A DNA stretch of 64,000 nt from Clostridia bacterium (GTDB lineage Bacteria > Bacillota > Clostridia > Christensenellales > CAAEEZ01), in contig CAAEEZ010000016.1 of assembly GCA_900755035.1 (NCBI GenBank), positions 172,873 to 236,872 of the forward strand. Reading direction: 5' to 3'. Shown piece after piece: positions 8,756-18,338 of the stretch (position 1 is its first letter; every line of letters starts with the position of its first letter). Below the pieces are notes generated by a model. The model was given only the letters and a program-made list of their open reading frames with translations. It was not told the DNA's origin and did not search any database. A program made the translations under genes and the position numbers.

Positions 8756-9952
8756 ATGATAAAGCATAATCTATGCGCAAAGTATAACGAATTGCAAAAA
8801 GAATTACACTTTACTAACTTTGCTATGTATGCTTGCTGTGACGGAATAGTTTACTACACGCACGATGGAAAATCCGCCGGTGAAAAGCCGATTGGCGAGT
8901 TGCAAACGAGTGGATTAAAAAATAAAATCGTAGTAAAGCAGTTTGGCAAGGCAAGGGCAAACGTAATAGTGTTTTTCTATTCTCAAAATATAGAAAAGTG
9001 TGCAAAACTTGGCGGTATTCCTACCGTGCTTGACGATTATACCGAGATGTTCGGTAAAAAGTTGAAAGTCGTAAAAAAAGACGACAAAAAGGTGCTTAGA
9101 GCGCTTAGCAAAGCAAAAAGCGTGATAGTGGACGGCAGTTATTGCGTTGCGCTAGCAAGGTCTATAGACGAAGCGGGTACGATGGCAAGAATTATCGACA
9201 AAAACGCTTTCGTTATAGGTAAGTGCGAAGGCGAGTACGTAAAAATAAACAAGATAGTTGCTAGGGGTATGAATATCGGCTACACGAGATATTACTCCAA
9301 AGGCAATCAAGACAGAGTGTGGGAGCGAGAAAAAACTCAGCCGATAAACACGCTAAAAGACGATAATATAGAAGTAGACGATATAAAAAATAGCGATAGG
9401 CGAATAGAAGCGTTAACGACTGCAAAAAAAGTGTATCAAGATAACTTCACGCAAGGCACTTGGGGCAACGTATCGGTAAGAATAGACGACAAAACGCTTT
9501 ACTGCACGCCAAAGGCAATAGGATACGGGCTACTAACCCCCGACGATATCGTAACTATGGATTTTAGGACGGTGGAGCAAGTAGCGGGAAGCACTCGTGC
9601 AACTAGCGAAAAAGGCATACATTGTCGTATTATGAACGAGAAAAAGGACGCAAACGTCGTAGTGCACGCTCACCCTACGTATAGTTCGGTATTTTGTGCA
9701 CAAAATAGAGTGTTAGAAGTGTCTAGCGAGGGAAGGGCGCTACTTGGCGACAAGGTGTATTGCTCAAAGCACGCAATACCTATGACCAAAAGACTATCGA
9801 ATAATACCGTGAACGCAATGAATAAAAAAGCAGTGTTTATGGGTAATCACGGCGTAGCCGTATACGGCGAAAGCATAGACGACGTATTTAACGTACTTAA
9901 TACGCTTGAAAAAGAAGCGAAAATGGCGCTAAGCCACAAAAAAAGACAGTAG
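8756..9952 (+). CDS. Class II aldolase/adducin-domain protein (tandem, N-terminal half degenerate)
   Basis: C-terminal half has TWGNVS…SEKGIH…VVHAHPTYS…GNHGVAVYG; start moved to the ATG at 8756, which follows aggagagg. Confidence 0.7.
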   Translation: MIKHNLCAKYNELQKELHFTNFAMYACCDGIVYYTHDGKSAGEKPIGELQTSGLKNKIVVKQFGKARANVIVFFYSQNIEKCAKLGGIPTVLDDYTEMFGKKLKVVKKDDKKVLRALSKAKSVIVDGSYCVALARSIDEAGTMARIIDKNAFVIGKCEGEYVKINKIVARGMNIGYTRYYSKGNQDRVWEREKTQPINTLKDDNIEVDDIKNSDRRIEALTTAKKVYQDNFTQGTWGNVSVRIDDKTLYCTPKAIGYGLLTPDDIVTMDFRTVEQVAGSTRATSEKGIHCRIMNEKKDANVVVHAHPTYSSVFCAQNRVLEVSSEGRALLGDKVYCSKHAIPMTKRLSNNTVNAMNKKAVFMGNHGVAVYGESIDDVFNVLNTLEKEAKMALSHKKRQ

Positions 9953-10114
9953 TTAATTTTGTCCAAAATTAATTCACTTATATACTCTCTCTTAAAAGCC
10001 TGCAAAACGCAGGCTTTTATCCTGTAATTTTTTGTTAAAAAAAGTAAAATACCCACAAAATAATTAGGTTTTTTTGTGGAAAAATGTTACAATACAGGTA
10101 TAGGAGAGAGTAAT

Positions 10115-10621
10115 ATGAAAGTTAAATTTGAAGTAGTAGAGGACGATATTCTAAATCAAGCAGAGTGGGCTGACGCTATTGTAAATTGCGCAAACGCAAT
10201 GATGATTCACGGTGGTGGAATTTGCGGTACTATCTTCGAAGCGGCAGGAAAAGAATTAGACAAAGAGTGCAAGGAATTTAGAGGAAGTAACGTATGCGAT
10301 GCAATCATTACGAAAGGATATAATATCCCTGCAAAAATCATACACGCAGTAGGTCCTAGATACGATAGCAGTAGCGATCAAAACAAAGAATTATTATTGA
10401 AAACTTATCAAAACGTAATTAAAACGGCAGAGAAAAACGGCATAGAGAGAATAGCAATTCCACTTATTTCTAGTGGCATCTACGCTTATCCGCTTCCACT
10501 TGCAGCAATCACGGCCGTGGAGTATTTGAAAGATTTAGAGTCGGACGTTGTAAAAGAAGTAAAATTAGTGTTGTATACCAGGGTATATTATTTGCTTTGC
10601 AGAGAATTAGCAACCAAATAA
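10115..10621 (+). CDS. Macro-domain protein (ADP-ribose binding/hydrolase)
   Basis: …DAIVNCANAMMIHGGGICG…IIHAVGP…IAIPLISSGIYAYP…; start at the ATG at 10115, which follows aggagag. Confidence 0.8.
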   Translation: MKVKFEVVEDDILNQAEWADAIVNCANAMMIHGGGICGTIFEAAGKELDKECKEFRGSNVCDAIITKGYNIPAKIIHAVGPRYDSSSDQNKELLLKTYQNVIKTAEKNGIERIAIPLISSGIYAYPLPLAAITAVEYLKDLESDVVKEVKLVLYTRVYYLLCRELATK

Positions 10622-10785
10622 ACTAAAAAGCGTTTAATAAGGAATTAACAATTAAAAACTTAAAGGACTAACGTTAATTAGCATAAGTGGTTTGTATGGA
10701 AGTTTGAAGCAAATTAGCCAAAGGACACGAAGCGAATTAAAAAAGTAAACGACTTTATAAAGTTAAAAATTATCATAACAAATAA

Positions 10786-10813
10786 AAAAGCCTCGCAAAA
10801 AGCGAGGTTTTTC
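10786..10813. terminator. Bidirectional terminator between convergent genes
   Basis: cctcgc/gcgagg stem flanked by an A-run and a T-run. Confidence 0.65.
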
Positions 10814-10862
10814 GTTATAATTCGATAGTTAAACCCTTAATTATGTCAAATAACCCTATTTG

Positions 10863-11255
10863 TTAATCAATTACGTTTTGTGGAAAATTATCGGTTTCTA
10901 ACGCCTTTAACATAATTTCTGCGCTCTTAATATTAGTGGCGAGTGGTATATTTTGTACGTCGCATAGTCTAAGCAAAGCAGATACGTCCGGTTCGTGTGG
11001 TTGAGCAGTAAGTGGATCACGCAAGAATATAATAAGGTCTAGTTTTCCTTCCGCTACCATAGAGCCTATTTGTTGGTCGCCACCAAGCGGACCACTTTTC
11101 ATACGGGTGATATTTAGCCCCGTTTCGCCCATAATTAGAGTACCCGTAGTGCCCGTTGCGTATAGTTCGTGTTTTGCTAAAATATCTTTATGTTTAATAG
11201 CAAGTTTTATAATACTGTCTTTCTTTTTATCGTGTGCGATTAAAGCAATTTTCAT
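10863..11255 (-). CDS. mgsA: Methylglyoxal synthase
   Basis: 130 aa; [12 protein letters not shown]…ATGTTG…[10 protein letters not shown]…IFLRDP…HEPD. Confidence 0.9.
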   Translation of the reverse strand: MKIALIAHDKKKDSIIKLAIKHKDILAKHELYATGTTGTLIMGETGLNITRMKSGPLGGDQQIGSMVAEGKLDLIIFLRDPLTAQPHEPDVSALLRLCDVQNIPLATNIKSAEIMLKALETDNFPQNVID

Positions 11256-11425
11256 ATCTTTTATCTCCTTGGTTAAATTATATCAAATATAAATTCTCAT
11301 TGCAATGGTATTTTAGTCAATATTAGCCAAAATAAGTGGATAAAAAGTGAAATAATTTTCAAAAATGTTTATAAAAATCAATACTATTTCTTGTCTACGT
11401 TATTTAATTATAGTATAATAAGATT

Positions 11426-12217
11426 ATGGTTATTAAGAAAATATACTATAAAATATGCAAAGGGATTGCGAGAATTATATTTCCTAAAAGAAAAATGGCG
11501 TACGAAGTTATGCCGGAGGAAAACGACGCAAGTATATTCGTATGTAATCATTCGGGGGCAATAGGTCCGGTAAATATGACGCTTTATTTCGACCGTCCTG
11601 CTAGGCCTTGGATTGTTGATTATATATTTGATAAAGAGGTTGGTGCAAACTTCGTATTTCACGACTTCTTTTTCGCGCGTAGTAAAAAATGCAAATGGTT
11701 TTGGAGAGGTCTTGCTAAATTAGTGGTATTTTTCCTTCGCCCTATGTTAGAAATGCAAAATGCAATACACGTATTTAAGGCAAACGCAAAGGCAAGACAA
11801 ACTTTCGAAGAGAGTGTGGAGGCGTTAAAAAACGGCGATAACGTGATTATTTTCCCAGAGTGCCCGAACAAATTTTCAAAATATATATGCGAATTTTACG
11901 ACGGGTTCGTAATGGTGGGAAAGTATCTTTACGAACAAACGGGCAAAATAGTAAAGTTCTATCCCGTATACGTTCCGCCACAACTTAAAACGATAAACGT
12001 GGGCGAGCCGATTAGTTATAATCCAAACGTTTCGCCTAAGGAAAATAGACAAATTATATCTAATTATCTAAAAGAAAAGATTAACGAGATTGCTGAAAAC
12101 TTGCCAAAGCACAAACCTATTCCGTTCTTAACGGACGATTTTTACAACTACTACGGCGAGTTTATAGACAATATGGACGAGTATTGGCAATTCGTAAATC
12201 AAAAACATTCGGATTGA
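11426..12217 (+). CDS. Putative lysophospholipid (PlsC-like) acyltransferase
   Basis: 263 aa; CNHSGAIGP (H-x4 block) and IIFPECP block resemble the acyltransferase motifs; exact start uncertain. Confidence 0.5.
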   Translation: MVIKKIYYKICKGIARIIFPKRKMAYEVMPEENDASIFVCNHSGAIGPVNMTLYFDRPARPWIVDYIFDKEVGANFVFHDFFFARSKKCKWFWRGLAKLVVFFLRPMLEMQNAIHVFKANAKARQTFEESVEALKNGDNVIIFPECPNKFSKYICEFYDGFVMVGKYLYEQTGKIVKFYPVYVPPQLKTINVGEPISYNPNVSPKENRQIISNYLKEKINEIAENLPKHKPIPFLTDDFYNYYGEFIDNMDEYWQFVNQKHSD

Positions 12218-12235
12218 TTGTTGGGAGGATAGATT

Positions 12236-13390
12236 TTGGATAATATTCAACCAATTCTAGGCGCAATATTTACGGGCGTTCCCGTTGTGCTGTTAGCAGT
12301 GGCGATAGCACGTTATAATATATACAACAAACACAACGTACTTTTGCACGTGTTTGGCATACTTACTATTCTTGCGGGAGGCGTACTAACGGGCGAAAAA
12401 ATTTGCCAAATTATTACTCCGCAAGGCTTTTTAGGATATTCCGGTGGAATAATCTGTTTCAGTGCTTTTATAGCGCTTCTATTAGCGTACGCCGTTTCGG
12501 TAAACGTTTTTATGGAGATTCAATTAAAAGAGGATAATAGGCCTGCTATTTTAGGCACGGCTATTCTTGCTTTTGTAGGTTTCGTATTTTATGCGGTTAA
12601 TTCCATTTTCAACGTAATAGGTTACAACGTAGTCGTTGAGTATTGCGTATATATCGTAGTAATGCTATGCTCGATAGGCATTTACAGCGAGAAGAACAAA
12701 TTGCAAAAATATTGCAAGAAAAACAGCATAGAGTATAACGTATTAACTAGTAGAAAAAAGGACGATATCGAATATAACAAGTATTGGATTAGCGTAGAAC
12801 AAGCATTACAAAAACGTAGAGAATTAGTATTAAATAAAGCAACCTACAATAAGATAAAGGGCAATTTAACGAAAGGCGAAGTAAAACTAGACGAATTGCA
12901 AAAGGCAATCGACAATTTGTATAACGGCTTAACCAAGCGTGATATAAAGAAGATGCACAAGCAGGATAAGAAAAACCAAAAAGCCGAAGAAAAACAAGAA
13001 AAACTGAATAAGAAAGCAGAAAAGAAGCAAAGCAAGAAGGCTAATTCTACGGTTGACGAAAACGTACTTAGCGCTCAAACCGCTGAGCAACCTGAAAGCG
13101 TAATGGTAGAAGTGCCAACGTATAGCGAAAAGGAATTAGAGCAAATCGAAGATAGCGTTGCTACGGAGCAAGTAGATCAACTAAACGAAGATAAGACGAT
13201 TGAACTAAATAGTGAAAGTGAAAATAGTTTTGATATTACAATCGAACAACCGAGCGAAATAAATTACGATGAGATAGTTGTTACTAATACTAACGAAAAC
13301 ACTGAGATAGAGAAAGACGAAAAAGAAAGTGCGGTAACGGGCGTAGACGAGCAAAGTACCGAAAGCGAGGTGAACAATGCAAACGTGTAA
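12236..13390 (+). CDS. Membrane protein with K/E-rich and acidic C-terminal tail
   Basis: 384 aa; about five N-terminal TM segments, then a low-complexity charged tail; TTG start after gggagg. Confidence 0.5.
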   Translation: MDNIQPILGAIFTGVPVVLLAVAIARYNIYNKHNVLLHVFGILTILAGGVLTGEKICQIITPQGFLGYSGGIICFSAFIALLLAYAVSVNVFMEIQLKEDNRPAILGTAILAFVGFVFYAVNSIFNVIGYNVVVEYCVYIVVMLCSIGIYSEKNKLQKYCKKNSIEYNVLTSRKKDDIEYNKYWISVEQALQKRRELVLNKATYNKIKGNLTKGEVKLDELQKAIDNLYNGLTKRDIKKMHKQDKKNQKAEEKQEKLNKKAEKKQSKKANSTVDENVLSAQTAEQPESVMVEVPTYSEKELEQIEDSVATEQVDQLNEDKTIELNSESENSFDITIEQPSEINYDEIVVTNTNENTEIEKDEKESAVTGVDEQSTESEVNNANV

Positions 13391-14318
13391 ATATTGTTCA
13401 AAAGAATTCGAAGGAAAGTTTTGCCCGTATTGTGGAAGAAACGTTATAGACGGAAGCACTAATCCGTTAAACGACGAGATAGTAAAAGAAGATATAAGCG
13501 AAAAGGTAATACCGCCTATCCAAACCGATTTCGTAAAGGAAACCGAAAAAAGAGAAGAAACGGCGCAAATTGAAGAAAGCGCCCCTATCGTAGAAAACGG
13601 CGTGGAAGAACAAAACGTGGCTACCGAAAACGATATTATTAGCGATAAAGTAAATAGCGACGAGAGTGAAAACGACGGGGACGACGAGCCAAACGAGAAA
13701 AGCAAGAAAAAGGAAAAGCCCGTTTGGGTAATGAAAAACGGCGCAAAGATTACCGTTAGAAGTAGTTATAAAAAACGTGGGATATTAGCAGGCTTGTCAC
13801 TTATGGTAATGGTGATAGCAATCGTGGTAGTTGCGGGCATATTTATTGCTCCTAATTATTCGAAATATTGGCTAAACAGTTTTGATATAACCACGGCAAC
13901 GATAACGACTATGGAGCAACGCTTTGGACAAAGTATCGTTCAAGAAGAAAACTTCTACGTTTGGGCAAAAGATTGCAAAACGAAAGAGCAACTTGATAGT
14001 AAGATTAAAAACGAAAAGAACGTTGATATAATAGTGGTTACGGCAGATAACGGCAAGGTAAAAACCTTTGCATATCTAAAAACTCTTGGAGAGAAAAAAA
14101 TAAATACTATCAAATATTCAACCACAACGGTGTCTAGCAAGGAAGAACTAGACAATATAACGTTTGAGGCTACGTTTACGGACGGCAGTATTGCAAAAGC
14201 GTATATTGGTGGTTGCTCGGCAATGGATAATCAAATAAATTTTGAAAATAAAGGCGAGCAATTATATTATTTCAGCGATGAAATATATAACTATTCCGTA
14301 AAAATCAACGTTGTGTAA
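13377..14318 (+). CDS. Zinc-ribbon, single-pass membrane protein
   Basis: CKYC…CPYCG ribbon at the N-terminus, acidic linker, one TM (GLSLMVMVIAIVVVAGIFI), about 150-aa outer domain. Confidence 0.5.
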   Translation: MQTCKYCSKEFEGKFCPYCGRNVIDGSTNPLNDEIVKEDISEKVIPPIQTDFVKETEKREETAQIEESAPIVENGVEEQNVATENDIISDKVNSDESENDGDDEPNEKSKKKEKPVWVMKNGAKITVRSSYKKRGILAGLSLMVMVIAIVVVAGIFIAPNYSKYWLNSFDITTATITTMEQRFGQSIVQEENFYVWAKDCKTKEQLDSKIKNEKNVDIIVVTADNGKVKTFAYLKTLGEKKINTIKYSTTTVSSKEELDNITFEATFTDGSIAKAYIGGCSAMDNQINFENKGEQLYYFSDEIYNYSVKINVV

Positions 14319-14405
14319 TAAGACGAGGTTATTACTATGTAATAGCCTTTTTAATTAACATTTTTTGCACGGGTGTGCTACACTTACTAGGCTTGTGGAG
14401 GCATT

Positions 14406-14630
14406 ATGACGTTAGATAAATTGCAAGTAGGAAAAAGCGCAAGAATAACCAAAGTTGGTGGGGAAGGGGCACTTAGACTTAGGCTACTAGATATGGGGCT
14501 AATTCCAAGAACAGTGGTAACCGTAATAAAAAAAGCGCCGATGGGCGACCCTATCGAATTGTCGCTTAGAGGCTATCAATTATCAATTAGGTTAGAAAGC
14601 GCAAAAGATATAGAGGTGGACGAACTATGA
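14406..14630 (+). CDS. feoA: Ferrous iron transport protein A
   Basis: 74 aa SH3-like FeoA pattern (…RLRLLDMGLIPRTVV…), overlaps feoB by 4 nt. Confidence 0.85.
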   Translation: MTLDKLQVGKSARITKVGGEGALRLRLLDMGLIPRTVVTVIKKAPMGDPIELSLRGYQLSIRLESAKDIEVDEL

Positions 14631-16783
14631 AATACGCATTAGTAGGCAATCAAAACTGTGGAAAAACCACCTTGTTTAATCAACTTACGGGCTCGAATCA
14701 GCACGTAGGCAATTTTCCTGGTGTAACGGTGGATCAAAAGATAGGCGTTATTAAAAATATGAAGGATAGCACTATCGTGGATTTACCGGGCATATATTCC
14801 ATTAGGCCGTATTCTAGCGAAGAGATTGTAACTAGGGATTTTATATTAAAGCAAAAACCCGACGCAATACTTAATATCGTGGACGCTACGAATATTGAAA
14901 GGAATCTATACCTTACCTTGCAACTACTTGAAATGCGTTTACCTATGGTGATAGCGCTTAATATGATGGACGAGGTGGAAAATAACGGTGGTACTATCGA
15001 CGTTAAAAAACTAAGCGAGGAGATAGGCGTACCGGTCGTGCCGATAAGCGCAGCAAAAAAGCAAGGCTTAGACGACCTAACAAAAACGATGAGCGAAGTG
15101 GCTACCAAAAAGATATTGCCCGCAAAAATGGACTTTTGCTCGGGGGCAGTGCATCGTTCTATCCACTCGGTTTGCCATATTATAGAGGACCACGCCGAAG
15201 CGTGCTCAATGTCGCCTAGGTTCGTAACGTCTAGCGTTATTCAAGGCGACGAAGATATAGTGGCTGAGTTAAACCTTGACGAAAATGAAAAAGAACTAAT
15301 AGAGCACACCATAGTGCAAATGGAAAAGGAAATGGACCTAGACCGTAACGAAGCGCTTGCAGATATGCGTTATACGTTTATTGAAAAGGTCGTTTCAGAG
15401 GCGGTAAAGAAAAAGGCAACCAAAAACAAGGAGAGAATCCGTAGCGAAAAAATAGATAAAGTGCTAACTAACAAGTGGCTAGCAATACCAACCTTTATAG
15501 GTATAATGTTACTAATTTTCTATTTGTCGTTTGATTTAATAGGTGGTATTCTTACCGAACTTTTGGGCAAGGGAATAGACGAATTAGGCGTGCTTACGGG
15601 CAATGCAATGGCGTCGGCAGGTATCAACCCCGTTGTAACTAGCCTTGTGGTAAACGGTGTGTTTGCGGGCGTAGGTAGCGTGCTAAGTTTCTTGCCCGTA
15701 ATAGTAATATTATTCTTCTTCCTATCTATTTTAGAAGATACGGGCTATATGGCAAGGATTGCTTTCGTTATGGATAAACTGCTACGAAAGATAGGTTTGT
15801 CGGGAAGAAGTATCGTGCCTATGCTAATCGGTTTCGGCTGTTCAGTCCCTGCCGTTATGTCAACTAGAACGCTGTCTAGTAACAGAGATAGGAAAATGAC
15901 TATATTCCTTACTCCGTATATGAGTTGCTCGGCAAAGATACCTATCTATTCGGTATTTACTATGGCGTTTTTCCCAAAATATAGGGCGCTTGTAATGATG
16001 GGCTTGTATTTGCTTGGTATCGTAGTGGGCATACTTATATCGCTTATATTCAAAAAGACAGTATACAAAGGCAACCCGACGCCGTTTTTAATGGAATTAC
16101 CTAATTACCGTATGCCAAGCGTAAAAAGCGTACTACTACTAATGTGGGAAAAGGCAAAAGATTTTATAAAAAAGGCGTTTACCATTATATTCTTAGCATC
16201 GCTAGTTATTTGGTTCTTGCAAACCTTCGATTACAAATTCAACGTCGTAGAAAGTATCGACCAAAGTTTGCTGGGTATAATAGGTAAAGGGCTCGCTCCG
16301 ATATTCTATCCTCTTGGCATTACCGATTGGCGTGTTAGTACGTCGCTTATTGCGGGAATATCAGCCAAAGAAGCGGTCGTTAGTACGCTTGCCGTACTTA
16401 TGGGAACAAGCGTATCCGAACTAAGCGGAGTGCTAGCAACGGTATTTTCACCGCTTACGGCGTTTGCATTTTTGGTATTTACGTTATTGTATACGCCGTG
16501 TATTGCAGCCGTTACCACGATAGGTAAGGAGCTAGGTAGTAGGTGGTGGACGCTTGCCGTAATAGTATTCCAATGCGTAGTTGCTTGGGTGGTAAGTTTC
16601 GTTATTTATAGGCTTGGGCTTCTAATTCAAGGAGGCGGACTAAACGCAATAGACTACGTCGTTATATCTTTAATTATGGTGCTTGCAATAGTAGTTTTGG
16701 CATATATCTTGCATCAAAAGAAAAAGGGCGCAAACTTATGTTCAGGCGACTGCTCGTCTTGTAATAAATCGTGTAAAAAATAA
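14627..16783 (+). CDS. feoB: Ferrous iron transporter B
   Basis: 718 aa; G-domain GNQNCGKTT, DLPG, NMMD, then a polytopic membrane domain; Cys-rich tail. Confidence 0.95.
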   Translation: MKYALVGNQNCGKTTLFNQLTGSNQHVGNFPGVTVDQKIGVIKNMKDSTIVDLPGIYSIRPYSSEEIVTRDFILKQKPDAILNIVDATNIERNLYLTLQLLEMRLPMVIALNMMDEVENNGGTIDVKKLSEEIGVPVVPISAAKKQGLDDLTKTMSEVATKKILPAKMDFCSGAVHRSIHSVCHIIEDHAEACSMSPRFVTSSVIQGDEDIVAELNLDENEKELIEHTIVQMEKEMDLDRNEALADMRYTFIEKVVSEAVKKKATKNKERIRSEKIDKVLTNKWLAIPTFIGIMLLIFYLSFDLIGGILTELLGKGIDELGVLTGNAMASAGINPVVTSLVVNGVFAGVGSVLSFLPVIVILFFFLSILEDTGYMARIAFVMDKLLRKIGLSGRSIVPMLIGFGCSVPAVMSTRTLSSNRDRKMTIFLTPYMSCSAKIPIYSVFTMAFFPKYRALVMMGLYLLGIVVGILISLIFKKTVYKGNPTPFLMELPNYRMPSVKSVLLLMWEKAKDFIKKAFTIIFLASLVIWFLQTFDYKFNVVESIDQSLLGIIGKGLAPIFYPLGITDWRVSTSLIAGISAKEAVVSTLAVLMGTSVSELSGVLATVFSPLTAFAFLVFTLLYTPCIAAVTTIGKELGSRWWTLAVIVFQCVVAWVVSFVIYRLGLLIQGGGLNAIDYVVISLIMVLAIVVLAYILHQKKKGANLCSGDCSSCNKSCKK

Positions 16784-16808
16784 TTCGCTTTTATAAGCGA
16801 ATTTTTTT
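16782..16808 (+). terminator. Rho-independent terminator
   Basis: aattcgctt/aagcgaatt stem plus T7. Confidence 0.75.
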
Positions 16809-16930
16809 ATATTATCGTGATATAATACGAATAGGCTATAATAGATATAAAATTGATAATACGTAATAATCGCAAGTTTATATTGTAAAAACTAGTAATA
16901 AAGTTGCGATTATGTGGTAAAGAGGTAATT

Positions 16931-17752
16931 ATGAGTAAAATATACGAAAGGATAATCGAAATAGTAAACGTAATACGTACTAAAACGGACTTCGTGCCTG
17001 ACGTTGCCGTAGTACTTGGCTCCGGGTTAGGCGAATTTGGCGAAAAAATAGACGTTAAATGCACAGTTGACTACAAGGATTTACCAAACTTTCCCGTGTC
17101 TACGGTAAGCGGACACAAGGGTAGATTTTTGTTTGGCTACGTAGGAGATACCAAGGTGGTGTGTATGCAAGGTAGAGTGCATTATTACGAAGGATATTCT
17201 ATGCAGGACGTAGTACTTCCTATTAGAGTAATGAAAGTATTAGGCGCAGAAACTTTGCTTCTAACAAACGCAGCAGGCGGGATAAACGAAAGCTTTAAGG
17301 CGGGCGATTTAATGCAAATAACGGGGCATATATCCTCATTTGTTCCGTCCCCTATGATAGGCGAAACGCTAAGCGAATTTGCGCCTACTTTCCCTGATAT
17401 GAGCGAAGTGTACGATAAGGAATTAGTCAAAAAGATAAGCGAGATTGCTTGCAAAGTAGGTGTAACTTTGCGCCAAGGCGTATATCTTCAAACTACCGGT
17501 CCAAACTACGAAACGCCCGAGGAGATAAAGGCGTTTAGGGTGCTAGGCGCAGACGCCGTGGGTATGTCGACGACCGTTGAGGCAGTAGCGGCAGTTAGTA
17601 TGGGTATGAAAGTATGTGGAATAAGCCTAATAACGAATATGGCGGCTGGCGTATCAAAAACTAAACTGTCGCACGAAGAAGTAAAGGAGCAAGCAAACAA
17701 GTCTAGCGAGGAGTTTACAAGACTAGTAAGCGCAATACTTACTAATATATAA
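16931..17752 (+). CDS. Purine nucleoside phosphorylase (PNP/MTAP family, PunA-type)
   Basis: …VLGSGLG…STVSGHKGRF…MQGRVHYYEGY…NAAGG…GPNYETPEE…GADAVGMST…; start at the ATG at 16931, which follows agagg. Confidence 0.9.
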   Translation: MSKIYERIIEIVNVIRTKTDFVPDVAVVLGSGLGEFGEKIDVKCTVDYKDLPNFPVSTVSGHKGRFLFGYVGDTKVVCMQGRVHYYEGYSMQDVVLPIRVMKVLGAETLLLTNAAGGINESFKAGDLMQITGHISSFVPSPMIGETLSEFAPTFPDMSEVYDKELVKKISEIACKVGVTLRQGVYLQTTGPNYETPEEIKAFRVLGADAVGMSTTVEAVAAVSMGMKVCGISLITNMAAGVSKTKLSHEEVKEQANKSSEEFTRLVSAILTNI

Positions 17753-17910
17753 GTGAACGATGCTTAATCGCGTGCTCGTTAAATAGTTTTTAGCGTATTT
17801 AGGGTTTGAAGGGCGCTATTTAAGTTTAATGCACAAGGTAGACGGTTGGCGTTAATATATAGTTGTTTGTAATAGGCGTATTAGAAAACGGTACTTAGCG
17901 CCGAATTTGA

Positions 17911-17939
17911 TTTACAAGTATAATAAATGGTGCTATAAT
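17911..17939 (+). promoter_or_regulatory. sigma-A promoter with extended -10
   Basis: TTTACA, 17-nt spacer, TGcTATAAT. Confidence 0.6.
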
Positions 17940-17944
17940 AAATT

Positions 17945-18050
17945 TACAATTTGGGTAGGGGAAGAGCGGTGCAAGTCCGTCGCAACTATTATTGCCGTAT
18001 AGTCGGAATGCCTACGAGTACTGAATACGAGGACGAAATTATGCTATTAG
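17945..18050 (+). promoter_or_regulatory. Cobalamin (B12) riboswitch aptamer
   Basis: GGGAAgagcGGTGcAAgTCCgtcGCAACTat…GCCgtatAGTCgGAAtGCCtac reproduces the conserved cobalamin core and a B12-box-like AGTCGGAATGCC. Confidence 0.8.
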
Positions 18051-18051
18051 A

Positions 18052-18084
18052 AAATTGCGTTCTTGTGTAATGCAATTTTTTTAT
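18052..18084 (+). terminator. Riboswitch expression-platform terminator
   Basis: aaattgcgt/atgcaattt stem (one G-U) followed by a T-run. Confidence 0.65.
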
Positions 18085-18098
18085 TTTACGGGGAAATA

Positions 18099-18338
18099 AT
18101 GACGAAAGATGAGGCAATAACTTTACTTACTGAAAAATATGCAACACTTGGCAGACTGCCTAAGAAAAGCGATTTTACTGCTACGGAGATAAGCAGAATA
18201 AAAGCGAAGTTAGGGCCGTGGACAAGGGCGCTAGAACAAGCGAACTTAAAAGAAAAATCACCCTTGCACGAAGCGAAAGTCCAAAGAATAAAGCAAAAAA
18301 GAATACTAAATAAAGAGGTAAAAAATGAAGAGAACTAG
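18099..18338 (+). CDS. Small protein with a single homing-endonuclease-associated (HNH-repeat-like) motif
   Basis: 79 aa from the ATG at 18099; …LGRLPKKSDF…LGPWTRALEQANL resembles that repeat as I recall it; the track start at 18063 lies inside the terminator. Confidence 0.5.
   Translation: MTKDEAITLLTEKYATLGRLPKKSDFTATEISRIKAKLGPWTRALEQANLKEKSPLHEAKVQRIKQKRILNKEVKNEEN

Noticed and set aside
12940-13040. Possible tandem DNA repeat in the K/E-rich coding stretch (aagaaa/gaaaaa runs)
   Set aside because: This is low-complexity codon bias for Lys/Glu/Gln. No fixed repeat unit or periodicity could be traced.
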